Part shown: positions 1 to 12,810 of the stretch, piece after piece
How positions within the stretch are numbered: position 1 is the stretch's first letter
Layout: every line of letters begins with the position of its first letter
The notes under the pieces: generated by a model
The model's input: the letters and a program-made list of their open reading frames with translations, nothing else
What the model was told of the DNA's origin: nothing
Database searches by the model: none
Assembly (NCBI RefSeq): GCF_026571515.1
Contig: NW_026859222.1
Span: 124,001-188,000 of the forward strand
Direction of reading: 5' to 3'
Length of the DNA: 64,000 bases
DNA from: Ruditapes philippinarum
Lineage: Eukaryota
Position numbers and translations under genes: made by a program

Positions 1-291
1 AATTAATTGATCGGAGGCTTTCATTTGTGTACAAGATGTTTTAACCGTCTTTCAAATATGCAAATTGAATAAGAACAAATGCACTTAACGACAAATGTAA
101 TACTTTAGACTATTCAAAATACAATTATAGCTTGACCTTGTGAAAAATTGCTTTATTTCGTGAACCATCACTCATGCATTCCCAAAACTTAACAAATGCA
201 AAATATAAAAACATATTGTAAAGATCCTGTGTGTTGTGATAAAAGTGGTAAACCACACTAAGTGAAATTATATGATTATAATATGTACATA

Positions 292-1456
292 CGAGGGGAA
301 GTCAGAAAGTATCCGGACTTTTGAATCGTTTTTGAAAGCCATTCAACATTTAAAAAAAATCTTTCTACTCTTTTTCAAAATATTCTCCACCTACGTCTAC
401 GCACTTTTGCCATCTTCTATCAAAGCCGCCCTGGTCTTATATTTCTTTCCAGCAAGCAATTTGTTTCAGTTCTGGAAACAAATAAAAGTCACAGGGGGCG
501 AGGTCTGGGCTATAAGGAGGGTGAGACAACAATTGCCATTTGTAAGAGTTGATTACCTCCACTGTAGTTGCGGCGGTATGGGAGGGGGCGTTATCGTGAA
601 GAAGGAGGACATTTTTCTGTGCTAAACTGGGACGCATTTGCTTCAGCTTTTCTCTGAGAGTTTTCAGAAATACTTCAGAATAGTACTTAGCGGTGACAGT
701 TTGACCTTTTGGCATAAAATGAGTAAGTATCGTTTCTCGTGAATCCCAAAAGGCAACAAGCATGACTTTGCCAGCCGAAGGAGACAGCTTAAACTTTTTA
801 GGTGGTGGGGAACCAGCTCGTTTCCACTGCTTTGACTGAGCTTTTGTCCCAGGTTCGGAATAATGAACCCACATCTCATCTCCAGTGATAATGCGGTTCA
901 AAAACTTATCTCCTTCACGATTAAACCGACTTAAATGTTCTTTTGCATTGGTTACTCTGGTTGCCTTTTGATTTGCGGACAGCTGTCTAGGCACCCACCT
1001 GGCACTTACCTTGCGCATGCCTAGGTGTTCGTCTAAAATCCTGTCAGCCGATGCCTTACCGATGCTAAACTTGTTTGCTACCTCCTCCAAAGTTACTCGA
1101 CGATTTTTGTTGACAAAAGCTTTAACATTTTCTACCATTGTTGGGGTCACCGCCTCAGCTGGCAGCCCAGTCCTATGCCTGTCACAAACCTCTGAAAGAT
1201 GTGGCAGGGCTTTTCACCTTCTGCAACCAGAAAATTTATTACAGAGCGTTGTTCCTCTAACAAAGAGTCCATGATATACGAAACACCTAACATATATAAG
1301 AGGGCAAAATACTGAGTATACACAACTATCATTGAAAATAAACTGACCACGTTATTGGCGAATACATGTAGTTTTCACCAATATATAATGTGTGTATATA
1401 GCTGCACGTGGAAAGGGAGGAGCATGAAAAGTCCGGATATTTTCTGACGTCCCTCG
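292..1456 (-). mobile_element. Mariner DNA transposon copy 1 (internally deleted)
   Basis: Imperfect ~30-bp TIRs (cgaggggaagtcagaaagtatccggactttt at 292-322; aaaagtccggatattttctgacgtccctcg at 1427-1456), TA on both flanks (290-291, 1457-1458), transposase on the minus strand. Confidence 0.96.
365..1272 (-). pseudogene. Mariner DD34D transposase, disrupted
   Basis: ORF 437-1150 carries WVPRQL, ITGDE, HDNAP and YSPDLAPCD, with 34 residues between the 2nd and 3rd D. The N-terminus MDSLLEEQRSVINFL starts at 1272 in another frame and the C-terminus ...GGEYFEKE* ends at 365. Relative to copy 2 it has deletions near 417 and 1189. Confidence 0.93.
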
Positions 1457-2694
1457 TAATTATGCAAATAAAACAATTTTCAAACATCGAAGAATATGTT
1501 AAATATGTACTGCAAATTTTGTGCATATTATATGTAATTATTAAAATATATGCATTCATTTCTTATTGTAAAATTTGACTTAAACTGTATAGAAAATAAT
1601 GTTTTTATTACCTCCTTTTACATGAAATGTCAAATTCGGTAATATCTTAATATCTCTACATTATTGATTAATCTTAATTTGAGTATCATATTTATTATTT
1701 AAAACCATAAAAAATTTGTGTTACAGGATCTATAAGCTTCATATGATTAAATGAGCTGAAATTTTAAAAGAAAAATAACTTTCATTTGATCTAGGGAAAG
1801 TAATTAGCTTCAAGATACAAGTCATAATTTACATGTTATGAGCGATTTATTGCAGATTTTGCAGTATGCATTATTATATTTCTCCTGCGTAACTAACGCA
1901 GTAAGGGCAAATTTTGCATAATTACTTTGTTCAGTTCAAAATATTCTACATTTTATTTTTAATATCATGAAATTTGCATGAATGGGAGCATGCTGCCTTT
2001 TATTTTTAATTTATAAGAAATATCTGTGTCTCTGCTTTTAAGATTGGTTAAACAAATTTATGAAACCGGTTTGGGCGCAACAGTTCGTTCTGACTGGTAT
2101 TTTTTTAAATTGTTAAATGGCCACTTTGGTCACTCTGTCGTATTGTCGTGTTTTTGCCTGGTGCCCCGGTTGCCTTCACTTATCAATTTAAGCGGAGGAG
2201 GTACATATGCAAACAAGACCCACACGTATTTATTGGCAGTTAAACACCGGTCATTTTCTATTTATACTGTGTAAAGTGACAAAATCACGAGTCACATAAG
2301 AATCCTAAATTATTCTTTCATTGCTCTGGACAATTGCTAAGATTTAGGTTGTCACTTATCAAGTACTACGTAAATATGCAATTTTCAAGTCCTATTTGTT
2401 TCGCAATATGACCAGTCTCGACAAATGGGTTTACACCTTCGATTGTAGTACTCTTAAATTATTCTAAAACAATGTGAGGAAAGAAATTGATAAAAGAAAT
2501 AGAGGAAACGTGTTAATGTATAAATCATTATTTTAAAACACTTGTTTTAATGTGCAATTATTACTCAAAATACGTCACATGTATATAAAGCAGTCCAGTC
2601 ATAGAATTACTAAGTATAATAATAATTACCTTCATAAGGTGCACTTTACAACTTTACACAACTTTTATCAGTCAGATTTCAAGTAGCGTTTATC

Positions 2695-2722
2695 AAAAAA
2701 AAAAAAAAAAAAAAAAAAAAAA
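2695..2722. repeat. Poly-A tract (28 nt)
   Basis: Direct observation. Confidence 0.9.
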
Positions 2723-4309
2723 GGAACATACACACACAATCAAGAGTTTCTGAATTGATCGGCGGAAACTAATTTGAATGACAATACTTTTTATTTAAGC
2801 AATCTGAAGCAAAATTGGAACGCAATTGCTACAAAAATTGCAATGAGGTAAATCAAGGATACCGGTGTTCCGTTAACTGTGAAATTAATTGAATTGCTCA
2901 TTTGATTTTTTTTTTTTACATTTTTTACCTATTTAGAGGTAAATTACTTAATTATTCCATCTGAAAGGACTTAACCATTATGTTTATAAACATTTGATTT
3001 TCTTTTAAATGACTTTGAATATTTAGCGAAATCAACTGCCATACTAAGAATGCAAAACCATTTATTGGCAGTGTTAAAATTGATAATTAAGAAGCAAAAT
3101 GCCAAATGCTCAAATGTCTTTTTATTTGTTTTGGACTTCATAATGCAAAACTAAAACATGCTAACAAGCTTACATAACTAAGCAAAGATTATAAATTCTT
3201 CAAAAATACTGTCTTAAACGTTTATAATCAACTTTCATAGCACCTGTCGAAGACTTTATTTATCACTGAAAAAAAAAGAAAAAACAGAAAACGTTTTAGA
3301 TTGTATGTCATGAAACTTTTATCACTTTCACTTGGTATTTACTCCGATGTAGAAAATAGTATTTTTATTCTTCTGGGTAGAATGTAGTTTTTTTCATCAC
3401 CTGCTTCTTGCTTTAACAAGTCTTCATGACCTTTACATAAAGGTCCCAATTCATTAACGACCCCACCCCCCTCATCCCTGCATCTACGTGATCATTTATT
3501 TAGATTATTATCTAGTTGTGTTGCAAAGGATGAATAACAAACTTATTTCATAGTGTGTGATGTTTAAGATAAGAAGGAAATGAAATTGATGTTTACTTAA
3601 TTTCAATTAAAAGAAATGCATTGCCCAAATTCATATGATCAGAACTGATATTACAGGAGCTTTAACTGTTAAATATATTTTATGTTTGTCTAGACATAAA
3701 GTGTAACAGGTAAATTAAAAGAACCATTGCTGAAATAAACATTTATATTGTTTTATATAACAATGTCAATTATTATTTTATAACTACGATGCAACGATAT
3801 TACTGTCTCTAATATGTATGCAATACCCATAATTGTCTAGGTAAATAGCACACGATAATTGAATCGATGTTCTTACAGAATTAGTTGTTTCCTAGTCCGA
3901 ATTAAGTAAACAAACATACTACTTTTACTACCAATACGTTTACTCAAAATGTCCAACAATCGAGGTTGCTGTGTAATTTCTAGATTACATAGTCTGTGAA
4001 ACTGACTACAAAAACATGTTTTTTATGTTAACACATATTTTCATGCCTGAATGTATTTTTAAGTGCAGTAGGGGTATTATAGTCTGGCACGTGTAAGGGA
4101 TTGAATAATTTACACACAAAGTGAAAGCTTTTTTATCATTACATACAATTGTCACCTTTTATTCCAGAAATAATTTTAACTGAAATTGACGACGGCTATT
4201 GGACTTAATTATAAATCTTTATTCTTATAATTTATACAAAATTATTTTAATTTATGAACTTTTATCATAAAGTAATGAACTTTTATCATTAAGTAATAAT
4301 AAAAAATAA

Positions 4310-4700
4310 CCTACGTATAAAAACAAAACCCATCTGACGCATACGGAATACAAAAAGAATCGACAATATCATATTTTTGGCATCAAACTGTTAAATCCAT
4401 TTCGTTTGTTAAGTGAATAGCAAGTAGGCTCAGATACGAAACTGAACATGGGTTAGCAAACTAGTTGCAGAAACTAAATAGACATGATTTAACTACACTT
4501 GGTAACCAAAGCTTATACCTTCGAACAATATTTGCACCTCTAAGCTTCAGAAGGTAAGGTCGTTTCGACCCCTGGTGTTGGTGTTTGAAAGTTTGAAGTT
4601 TGAAACACCCGAGGTAAGCCAAATTAATCTTCCCTGATTTGGCGTAATATGACCTATATTGTTGGTCGCCGTAACAAACAAACACAATTTATCATTCCTA
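4310..4700 (-). pseudogene. Decayed paralog G1 of putative Cys-patterned secreted/membrane protein family (second copy ~25558-25945)
   Basis: The two copies conserve protein more than DNA: YLLKLRGANIV vs YLLELRGTHTV, THVQFR..AYLLFT vs THIQFR..AYLLLT, KYDIVDSFCIPYASDGFCF vs KYDTVESACIL*VSDEFCF. Synonymous changes include CTT/CTC, TCT/TCC, TCA/TCG, TGT/TGC. Confidence 0.5.
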
Positions 4701-5059
4701 TATTTCTTCAATCATAGTTTATCATTCTTTTATTACCCCATTGTCTAGGTCTTAATTGAATCAATTTCCTAATATCTTACCATTATGGCTAAGTTTTCTT
4801 GTAAAATTAAAGGAAATTTGACGCAATCTTGGATACCATCACTTTCATTAGAGACACTTTTACACATTACAGATGCAGAGTAAATGTGATACAAAGTATA
4901 TTGGTTGGTAATTTTATGCTGTTAAAAAAGCATTTTAAGACATAAAATTGTTGGCAAAATGGACAAAACTACCTTAAATGTGGGTATATTTAATTTGAAA
5001 ATTTCTTTTGAACAGAATAAATATATATGTAAGATTCACATAGATCTAAATCACTCGTA

Positions 5060-5500
5060 CGGTACAAATTAAGGAAGGTCTGTGTTTGTTGTGGATTCTT
5101 TTCAGGGGAGATTCCTGACACAAATAACTTAGTACGTATTGTCTGAAAGTGTCAGAAAATGTATTCTATATCTACATTAAAATAGGATTGAGAAACATAA
5201 AGTATTGACGAACTAATTATCATTTGACTTATAGACAATATCCTCACGAAGAAGAAAACCTAATTGCACCTAATGGTACGTATTTTATTCCCTATTTTGA
5301 CAATAATTTCAAATAATTGGCGTCTCTTGTAAGCTTTCCTAGAATTTGCGTTATTGTAGAATGGTAAATATCATACTTCCTTTTACGTATGTAGTCAATA
5401 AACTCAAAATAGCCAAATTCAGAGCAAGAACGGCTTAGACATTCAACAGTCTGTCGCAAATTTGTAACAAACAGCAAACTTTCAAGTCAACAGGTGCACG
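5060..5500 (+). pseudogene. Decayed paralog G2 (distant relative of G11; second copy ~26250-26690)
   Basis: Patchy DNA similarity to 49073-49550 (aatatcctca..gaagaagaaaacc; tgtagaatg..tatcatac..tttacgta). Divergently oriented to G1. Confidence 0.4.
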
Positions 5501-5588
5501 GATAGTTTAAAAGCCATGTCAAGCTGTAAGTGAATTACTTTTTAATCACTAAAATACTTTAAATTTTGAATTATTTTGAATTCATATA

Positions 5589-6288
5589 CAGTAGAATCCC
5601 TTCTTAAGACCACCCCGGAATTAAGACCACCTCGCTATTGAGACAATTTTTTAAAAGTACGGAATTTTTTGTTCTTTATGTCAATGGTTTCATGATCCAG
5701 AATTAAGACCACCTCGCTTATCCACTTTTAAGACCACAAGATTCAGTCCCAATTCTTTGTTTTGTTATTTATTTGACCCCAGTATTGAGACCACTGATTT
5801 AAAGTTAACACCTACCAAGATCTAAAATTTGCTGTTATTATCAGCTTGAGTGCTCTAAGGCATGACACCTAATTTGACAAGGTGTCAAGAACACCTTATA
5901 TCATTGGGATATTGTATGAAATAAGGTGAGAAAGTAAATTTTAGAGTGTTTAAATCTTACTTTAAGCACATTGATTATGCGAAGAACTTATTTTTTTATT
6001 TGAGGGTTGAATTATGTACATCATATAATAATTAATATATTGAAATTGATATTGAAATCAGACAAAATACATTTTGATATTTCTTTCTTTCCATCAGATG
6101 CTAATTTATAACATAGTTTTATGTTGCAGTTGCTGGTATATATATTGTTTGTTCTTAAAAATGCTTAAAATAGACCATGGTCAAAAAGAGTGTAAGCATC
6201 GATTAGAATATTCAGAATTAAGACCACCCCGCAATTAAGACCACTTTGGCCCAGTCCCAATGGTGGTCTTAATTGAGGGTTTTTACTG
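5589..6288. mobile_element. 700-bp Tc1/mariner-superfamily MITE (pogo/Tigger-like CAGT ends)
   Basis: Imperfect TIRs cagtagaatcccttcttaagaccacc / ggtggtcttaattgagggtttttactg, TA duplication (5587-88, 6289-90), repeated subterminal TTAAGACCAC motifs. Empty site ttcatatattg at ~26768-26777. Confidence 0.92.
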
Positions 6289-6324
6289 TATTGTTTTTAT
6301 TTATGAATAAAGAACAAAAATACT

Positions 6325-6800
6325 ATAGAAACGTAGATAATTTAATGTTATTCTCGAAGAAACGTGTGACAAAAATTGGAATTAAGAATTTGTGCGACTG
6401 AAAAACAGGTCTGCAATAATTCAAAACATCACAGCATCCGGTGTGATTACAGCCAGCATTAAATGCCACTAAGTATTTATCGAAAAGGTAAGACTATTTA
6501 AGGCAATACATATTTTGATTTAAATTTATAAATAAATATAAAGTTGGTTGATATGGTAATACTTATTTTACAATCTACCTTTGTGTTGGTTTTTATTTAT
6601 GGTAATACGAATTGCGTTCAACTTGAACAATCTTATAAAGTAAGTGACTTGACAATTCTGAACCCCTTTTTAATGATGGACCAAGTTTAGCACATGTGCT
6701 ATGTGTTATTCAACGTCGGTGTGTATTTTTGTTAACCTATCACAGCAAAAAAAAATGTTACTGTTACGTCATCAATATGTTTGTCAGACAATAACACTTT
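6325..6800 (-). pseudogene. Decayed paralog G3 (second copy ~26810-27285)
   Basis: Fragments STCAKLG..LLYKI, VDCKISI and TGCCDVLNYCRPVFQSHKFLIPIFVTR occur in the same order as the motifs in other paralogs. Confidence 0.35.
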
Positions 6801-6864
6801 ATTGTATAAAGAAGCTTCATCAAATGATTTAAGTATAAGTTGATTTGCGTATTTCCAATTAATT

Positions 6865-7160
6865 ATATAGTAGTCATTTTATAGTTTTATTTCTTCAACA
6901 TATTTACACAAATGTTTGCTGCCAGAAATTTGTTGCCAAATGAAATTATTAAAACGTGCAACGCGTTTGAAATATAACCCATTTAAAAATTCGCCACTAA
7001 TATGTAAGGCAGATGTGTATTTTTCTATACCTTTTCGACAGAAATACAGAAACAAAAGGATTCATATGATTATCAAGACATCAACAACCATTTTTTTATA
7101 CGTGTTTTAAAAGTCTTTAAATCATTTGTAACATACATGACTTGCCAAAGTTATGATTAA
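6865..7160 (+). pseudogene. Possible decayed paralog G4 (second copy ~27350-27640)
   Basis: ORF 6916-7110 has EIC...YN...LIC..VYF spacing resembling the family N-terminal half. Weak. Confidence 0.25.
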
Positions 7161-7301
7161 GATAGATAGAGTTTGATGTGATAGAGTATGTGATAGAGTT
7201 TTCATATTTTAGCGTGAAAATGTATAGTAGTTTAATAAAAACTCTAGTAAATCAAATATTTGATTGGTTTCATATATGTATGACATTTGTTTTATCATGT
7301 A

Positions 7302-7796
7302 TTTTAGCTCACCGAGCTAGCTCAGGCTGAGCTTTAGGATCGTTGAATGTCCGTTGTCCGTCGTCCGTCCACATTTGTTTCTGATCACATTTTTTGCCTC
7401 AATAATCATCAAACATTGTCACAAGGCTTTTCTAGGTAATTTCTCGGATGAGTTCGACCATAGGTCATCTAGGATGAAAAAACTAGGTCACATAGCTAAA
7501 AATGGAACAATCTTGTAAACATTCTAGTCGCAACGGTTTTGATCCATTAATCCTGGAAATTGGTCTGAAAAAATTGTTTTGATAAATTTCTAGGACAAGT
7601 TCAATATGAGTCACGTGAGTTAAAACTAGGTTCACACCTCCCAAATATGGAAAACTTGTTAACACTCTAGGGGGTTACATTTTTGAACTTCATTTTCATC
7701 AAACGAGTTCAGGGAGCTTGTCTACGTAAAATTGCTTCGATAAGATCAAATTGATCAGGTGAGCGAATCTAAGGGGCCAGTCTTGGCCCCATGTTT
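7302..7796 (+). mobile_element. HINE/DINE-1-like non-autonomous Helentron element
   Basis: TTTTAGCTCACC start with nearby inverted repeat, GTCC-type microsatellite, 3' CAGGTGAGCGA subterminal repeat, then a hairpin and TGTT. Duplicated at 27786-28283. Confidence 0.8.
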
Positions 7797-7859
7797 GTTA
7801 TCGATCGAATGTACAATAAATTGTTGTTGGGACTTCAATAAATAAATAATAAATAAATA

Positions 7860-8352
7860 CATGATCGACATTTATTGCGAAAAAAATATTGTAAGAAAAT
7901 TGTTTATAATTCAGATATCTTTGTATATTGTTAACTTACATTTCTTACAAATCCTCTCGAAATTAGTAGCCTCAGTCAACATTTGATTTATCAAAGTGCT
8001 TTCTTTTATGTTTTTTATCAATTACCAGCGTATTTTCTTTTCAATGTTCTGCTGCTTAAGCTGACTGTGAAAAAAAAAACAACCTAAAAACCCTTTCTCA
8101 CTTAGTTATCTTTTGAGGGAATTTATTCGTGTACACGAATAGCATGTAAATTGTTCATTTTGTTAATAAGAATAAATTTATTAAATTAAATCAAGAATAA
8201 TAAATCAGTAAAATATGAACTATGTTTCTCTGTTCATTGTACTGCTATGTTAGATGATTTCAGTACAGCCTTAAGTAAATAGCAGGAAAGCCAATGCAAA
8301 TATTTTTGACAATAACTCACTAACAATGAATAAATAAGTCTTTATTTTCATG
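7860..8352 (-). pseudogene. Possible decayed paralog G5 (cleaner copy ~30215-30695)
   Basis: Fragments KNICIG, FTCYS (compare YKSCYS in G10) and ICKKCKLTIY followed by hydrophobic IWIINNFLTIFC. Confidence 0.3.
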
Positions 8353-9749
8353 AAATTAATTTTGTTATAACTGGCAACAATACTTTTTATAGAGAGGAAG
8401 ACACCAATTCTGCTACAAAAATGTACTTATCAAATTATCCCGGGAAGGTATGTGAACATTATAAATTTGTGAAAACGCAATATAATAATAGACATTTGAT
8501 AATATTGCTCCGTTTTTGATTTTCTTATCCTTTTTTGCATCCAATCATCACCCATATTGTGGATTATTCCTAGATTGATTCATTCAGGTTTTTAAACAGC
8601 TCTAGCTGCGTAACCATCTGGGACAAACAATCTTCATTAGTTACTCAATTTTTTTTTTTATTAACCAATATTCATAACGCCAAACTTGCGTTACATAATA
8701 TTTATGTTGTGTTAATGAATCGATGTTACTGTCATTGAGTAAGATCATAAATTAACGGCTTAAGAAATACAAATTAAGAGGGCCCGGCATATAAAATAGC
8801 TGACATTATATCTGACAAGTTCATAAGGATACTACTCAATTATGTTAGACGTTGATCCTCAAGTCTGATTAAAGTAAAAAGGTGTTATTTTTTAAACTTG
8901 TTCTCGTCACAGTCAGTCCTTTGAGAAAGTGGTTGAACTAACTAACTTACTAGAAGGATATGGTATAAAGCTGTTTCGGGATTTAACATTAATGGTTTTT
9001 TAGTTTTTTATGTTATGTACAGATGATAAAGACCAGGTGTGTTCTGAACGTTTATTGTATATTTAACTTCAATGAGGACTTACAATATCTACACGCAGAG
9101 TGATGTACTGCACTTGTTTTAATAATATTTTTACTAATTAAATTGATTGATTGAATAAGTTAAGATATACTCCCAAAATAATTTTGAGGTCTATCATAGT
9201 TTGAAAGAAAAAAAAGAGAAAGAAATAAGATAATTTGTTACAAACTTAAGCATAAAAAATAAAGGGAATGGACAAAAATATTCAAGTTCATTATAAAGCA
9301 AAAAGTATTCACTTATTTATATATACTTATTATTCTTTTTTTTTTAAATTTGAATTATATTTATTTATTCAATTTTTATTGTTTTTTTTTGTAACTGATA
9401 GGGATTTCTCATGTATCATAAATTATTGCATGTTTGAACAGCTGAAAAATATACCCAAACATGTGTCCTTTTCCCATATATCCAAACTATGTTTTCCGTG
9501 CAAAAAGTCGTGTTCCTATATCGATTTACTATCTAGCTTGTCCAAACTTAGACTGGACAATGCTTTAATGGTGGCATTACATGGAAGCTTAATATAGAAT
9601 GGAGGTACAAAATGTGATTTCCTACAGGTTAAATACTAATTATTCACTATAAGAATTATTCCCTTGTCGCAAATAAGGTAGAGGGTTTCTTGTAAATATG
9701 GTTGTAAGAAAACAATGTTGTTTTTCATAGTTGTCATTTTAGATAGCTT

Positions 9750-12700
9750 GTGGAATAAATAATAAATAAAATAAATGAAAATAAAAAAATGCACGAAATA
9801 CGTTTGCTGATGACCGACATAGAGCTTATTTATATTATTAAGACAAATTGAAACAATAATTATTTACACAAAAACATTAGACAGTACTTTGATGTACTTG
9901 AAGCAGGCCGAAATCGTCGTAGTATGTCGCTGACGTTACATAAATATCTTAACTAGTACATTCACCCACCTGGGGCCGCACGCGTTTTTATGTTTATGTT
10001 TACTTACTTACGACGTCATTAAGGCGGCGACTGTGGACTAATACGACGCGTAAAAAAGTTTCCTCATGGCAAATCGTATTACTGTATGTTCATATTTCTT
10101 AATAGTGTTTACTACCGCTTGCTTTCCAAGAATAACTTGCGATCTTGTTCAGACACGAAAATTTTGTCATCAAAATTCAAACTTCAATTTCATGGGTTAA
10201 TGACCGATGATGTCAATGGCGCCTCATTTGGAAGCATGTCTAATGAAAAACGCTACTGCACAATAAGACCTTCAACAACAGCATCTTCATTTTTGTCATA
10301 AATGATGTCACAAAATCAGTTGCCCTCCAAAACAAATTTGCGCAAAATTTGACACAGCAAGAGCATTTTAAATGAACTAGAACATGTGAAATAACAACGT
10401 GCTTGATATCATTGACAATAACTTTTTTATTCGTTTAAAGTTTAAAATATCTTTTGACCTCTCTGATAATGAAAGTGATAATAGTTTAGGTTACATGCAT
10501 AGGATTGGTCATATGATTTGATGTATAAATATATAAATACAATTTTAAGAGAATGTTCTGCGAATATCACAATCAGTCCTTGTATTAATTAAAAGACATA
10601 AGCACAAACTATTTTATTACAAACAGTATATTCCAAAGATACAGAAAGGAACATGTATTGTTTTATCAGTAGTTCTTTGATCACAGGTACAGTTTTGTGT
10701 GAAATTAATCTGATGTAAGTATTTGATATTAAAATAGAAGACTTATTGCTTTGAAGTAAAAAAAATACAACTAAGGAATAAGATTTAAATTCAATACTAA
10801 CTCAGAAACACAATTCCCTAACAATGATTTTCTTATTAATATAGCGTGATTATGAACTCCATACATTGCCAGTATAGTGTCCAATGACTTTTGATTGCTT
10901 ATAAAGTCCAAATTAGTTTTAAGCAGAAATTCGTGTCTTGAAGTCGCCGCTTCGTGTGGATAATTTCCAAAATAGATCATAATAACAAGTGTGTGTCTTA
11001 GTCTTAGCACAGAATAGAAAACGTTTTTGATAGGATTCTTTAATTATTTGAAAGTAAAAATAACTTCTTATCCGCCATATTTTGGCTTCATGTGACTATT
11101 ATAAATCGGAACAATCTGTACTTTATAAGAAGACTATTACTTATTGGACTAAAGATAATTGGGACAACCGCAATATTTCACTTATTTTAAGTTACATTTA
11201 TTTAATCTACCCCTCCATCTTAAGTACAATAGTAACAGATGAAATATGATATAACTCTGAACAGTTGTTAAGACGTTTAGACCCCTATGTGTATTTCAGA
11301 AGTTTAATTTGTATATAACAGACTAAAGAAAACCGGTGGAAGGAAATTGAAACTACCTGGCAGACATTTTAACCATAATAAAACGATGTGCAGGGCGAGG
11401 TTTTGACATTTTTTTTCGGGTCAGGGTGTTATTTTTTTATCAATATCAAAATTCCATGTCTGCTCTGTACGAGTATCTATTAAACCGTAATAAGGAAATT
11501 AAAACGTTTTGGCAGAAATATTACTAATAATCAGAATTTGATTTTAAAAAGTAGTGTTAATAACTGTCCAAAGCTTATGTATGTTTTAAAATTGAAACTT
11601 ATCTTCGAAATATTCACATACCATTCACGAAATATCCTCATTGAAGAAGAAAACCACCTTTTAAGTATTATTTACTTTTTATTAGCTTCCATGACAAAAA
11701 AGCAAACAATTTTCGCCTATTGTAAATTTTCAGGGAAAAAAATGTAAGTGTAGAATGATTGCAGGCTATCATACGTTTATCCACGTAAGAAGATACTAAA
11801 CTCGATATAATATAATTTAGGAAAATTCTCTGTAGTCAATTCCACGAGCAATTCTAGTTCAAAGCAGACTACTTCTTTAACAAAAGGATACCGTTACACG
11901 AAAGCGATGCCAATGATGTAGTAATTTGAGGCATTGCATTTCATCGAAACTAAGTGATATTATAATTTGAGTTTTGAAAATCGTAGTGAAATATAATTTT
12001 CATAACCTAAAATCATTAGTGGAAAGATAGATAAAGCAACAGGCTTGAACACGATAAAGAAACATAAAAGAAAACATTGGAATTTTTCAAAATATGTAAT
12101 AATAAAAAAGAAAGTGTCAAAACCTTAATTGGAACGCATAAAGGTAAGATTTCATACTTCTCGTAATTATAGTCATAACCATATACAGGGAGTGACCCGT
12201 ATCAATCTTAGACATGACGTAATACAGGTGTAAACTATGGAAGACCAACAAAGATCTCTTTCTTCAGAACTTGGCATGCATACAGATACTTCTCTTTCAG
12301 AATTTACTATGAATTATAAATCTGTATTTAACGACCTCTGACACTGATTTTCGAATATTTAAATCTACACATTTTTCTTTACTATTCTTTTCTGTATTTT
12401 TTATAATACGCATTTTATTTATTTTTTGTTATGTAATAGATAACCAACTATATTATGCAATGATAAACATATTATTTAAGTTGTCCACTGAGATATTACA
12501 TGCGTTCATCATTGTAACGTTGTATGTTTTATTTATATAATGTTTTTGCTCTTAAATGTACATACATGGATGCAAACCGAGCTGATATCAATAAACGAAA
12601 CGAAACGATCTTTCGAAGAATGTATTTAAATTGAAAAATTGACTGCTTTATTCTTCATACAACTTTAACACATAAAACAGCAAATATAAATCTTTTATAG

Positions 12701-12810
12701 TTATTATCATGATGCATTTCATTGATAAGGGAAATACAGAGTCAACCGATTTATTTTGTTAATTAACAACTATGAAAAAAACATGAATGGTAATCCCAAA
12801 CTGAAGCGCC
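9750..12810. repeat. Tandemly amplified ~3-kb block (G8-G12); other copies ~13270-16760, ~33350-36960, ~41300-44780, ~47180-50340, partial ~60400-62360
   Basis: Same ordered landmarks in each copy (gctgatgaccgacatagagc, gcggccgcacgcg, ggataccgttacacgaaagc, ggaacgcataaaggtaag). Recurring short ORFs in the track (MSDTKFCHQ.., LKLKLIF..). Confidence 0.92.

Larger units (their letters stand above)
3230..9750. repeat. Segmental duplication, paralogous to ~24490-33350
   Basis: Collinear similarity, clearly diverged over ~3230-5190 and near-identical from ~5190 onward (e.g. 5190-5580 vs 26375-26770). The copies differ by three transposon insertions. Confidence 0.9.

Noticed and set aside
272-625. 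Plus-strand ORF (also 37787-38138 and 63175-63615)
   Set aside because: Antisense to the mariner transposase.
5100-5285. Plus-strand micro-exons (ttttcag..gtacgt; ttatag..gtacgt)
   Set aside because: Lengths differ between copies (26 vs 25 nt), most frames of the join hit stops, and the sequence aligns continuously with G11.
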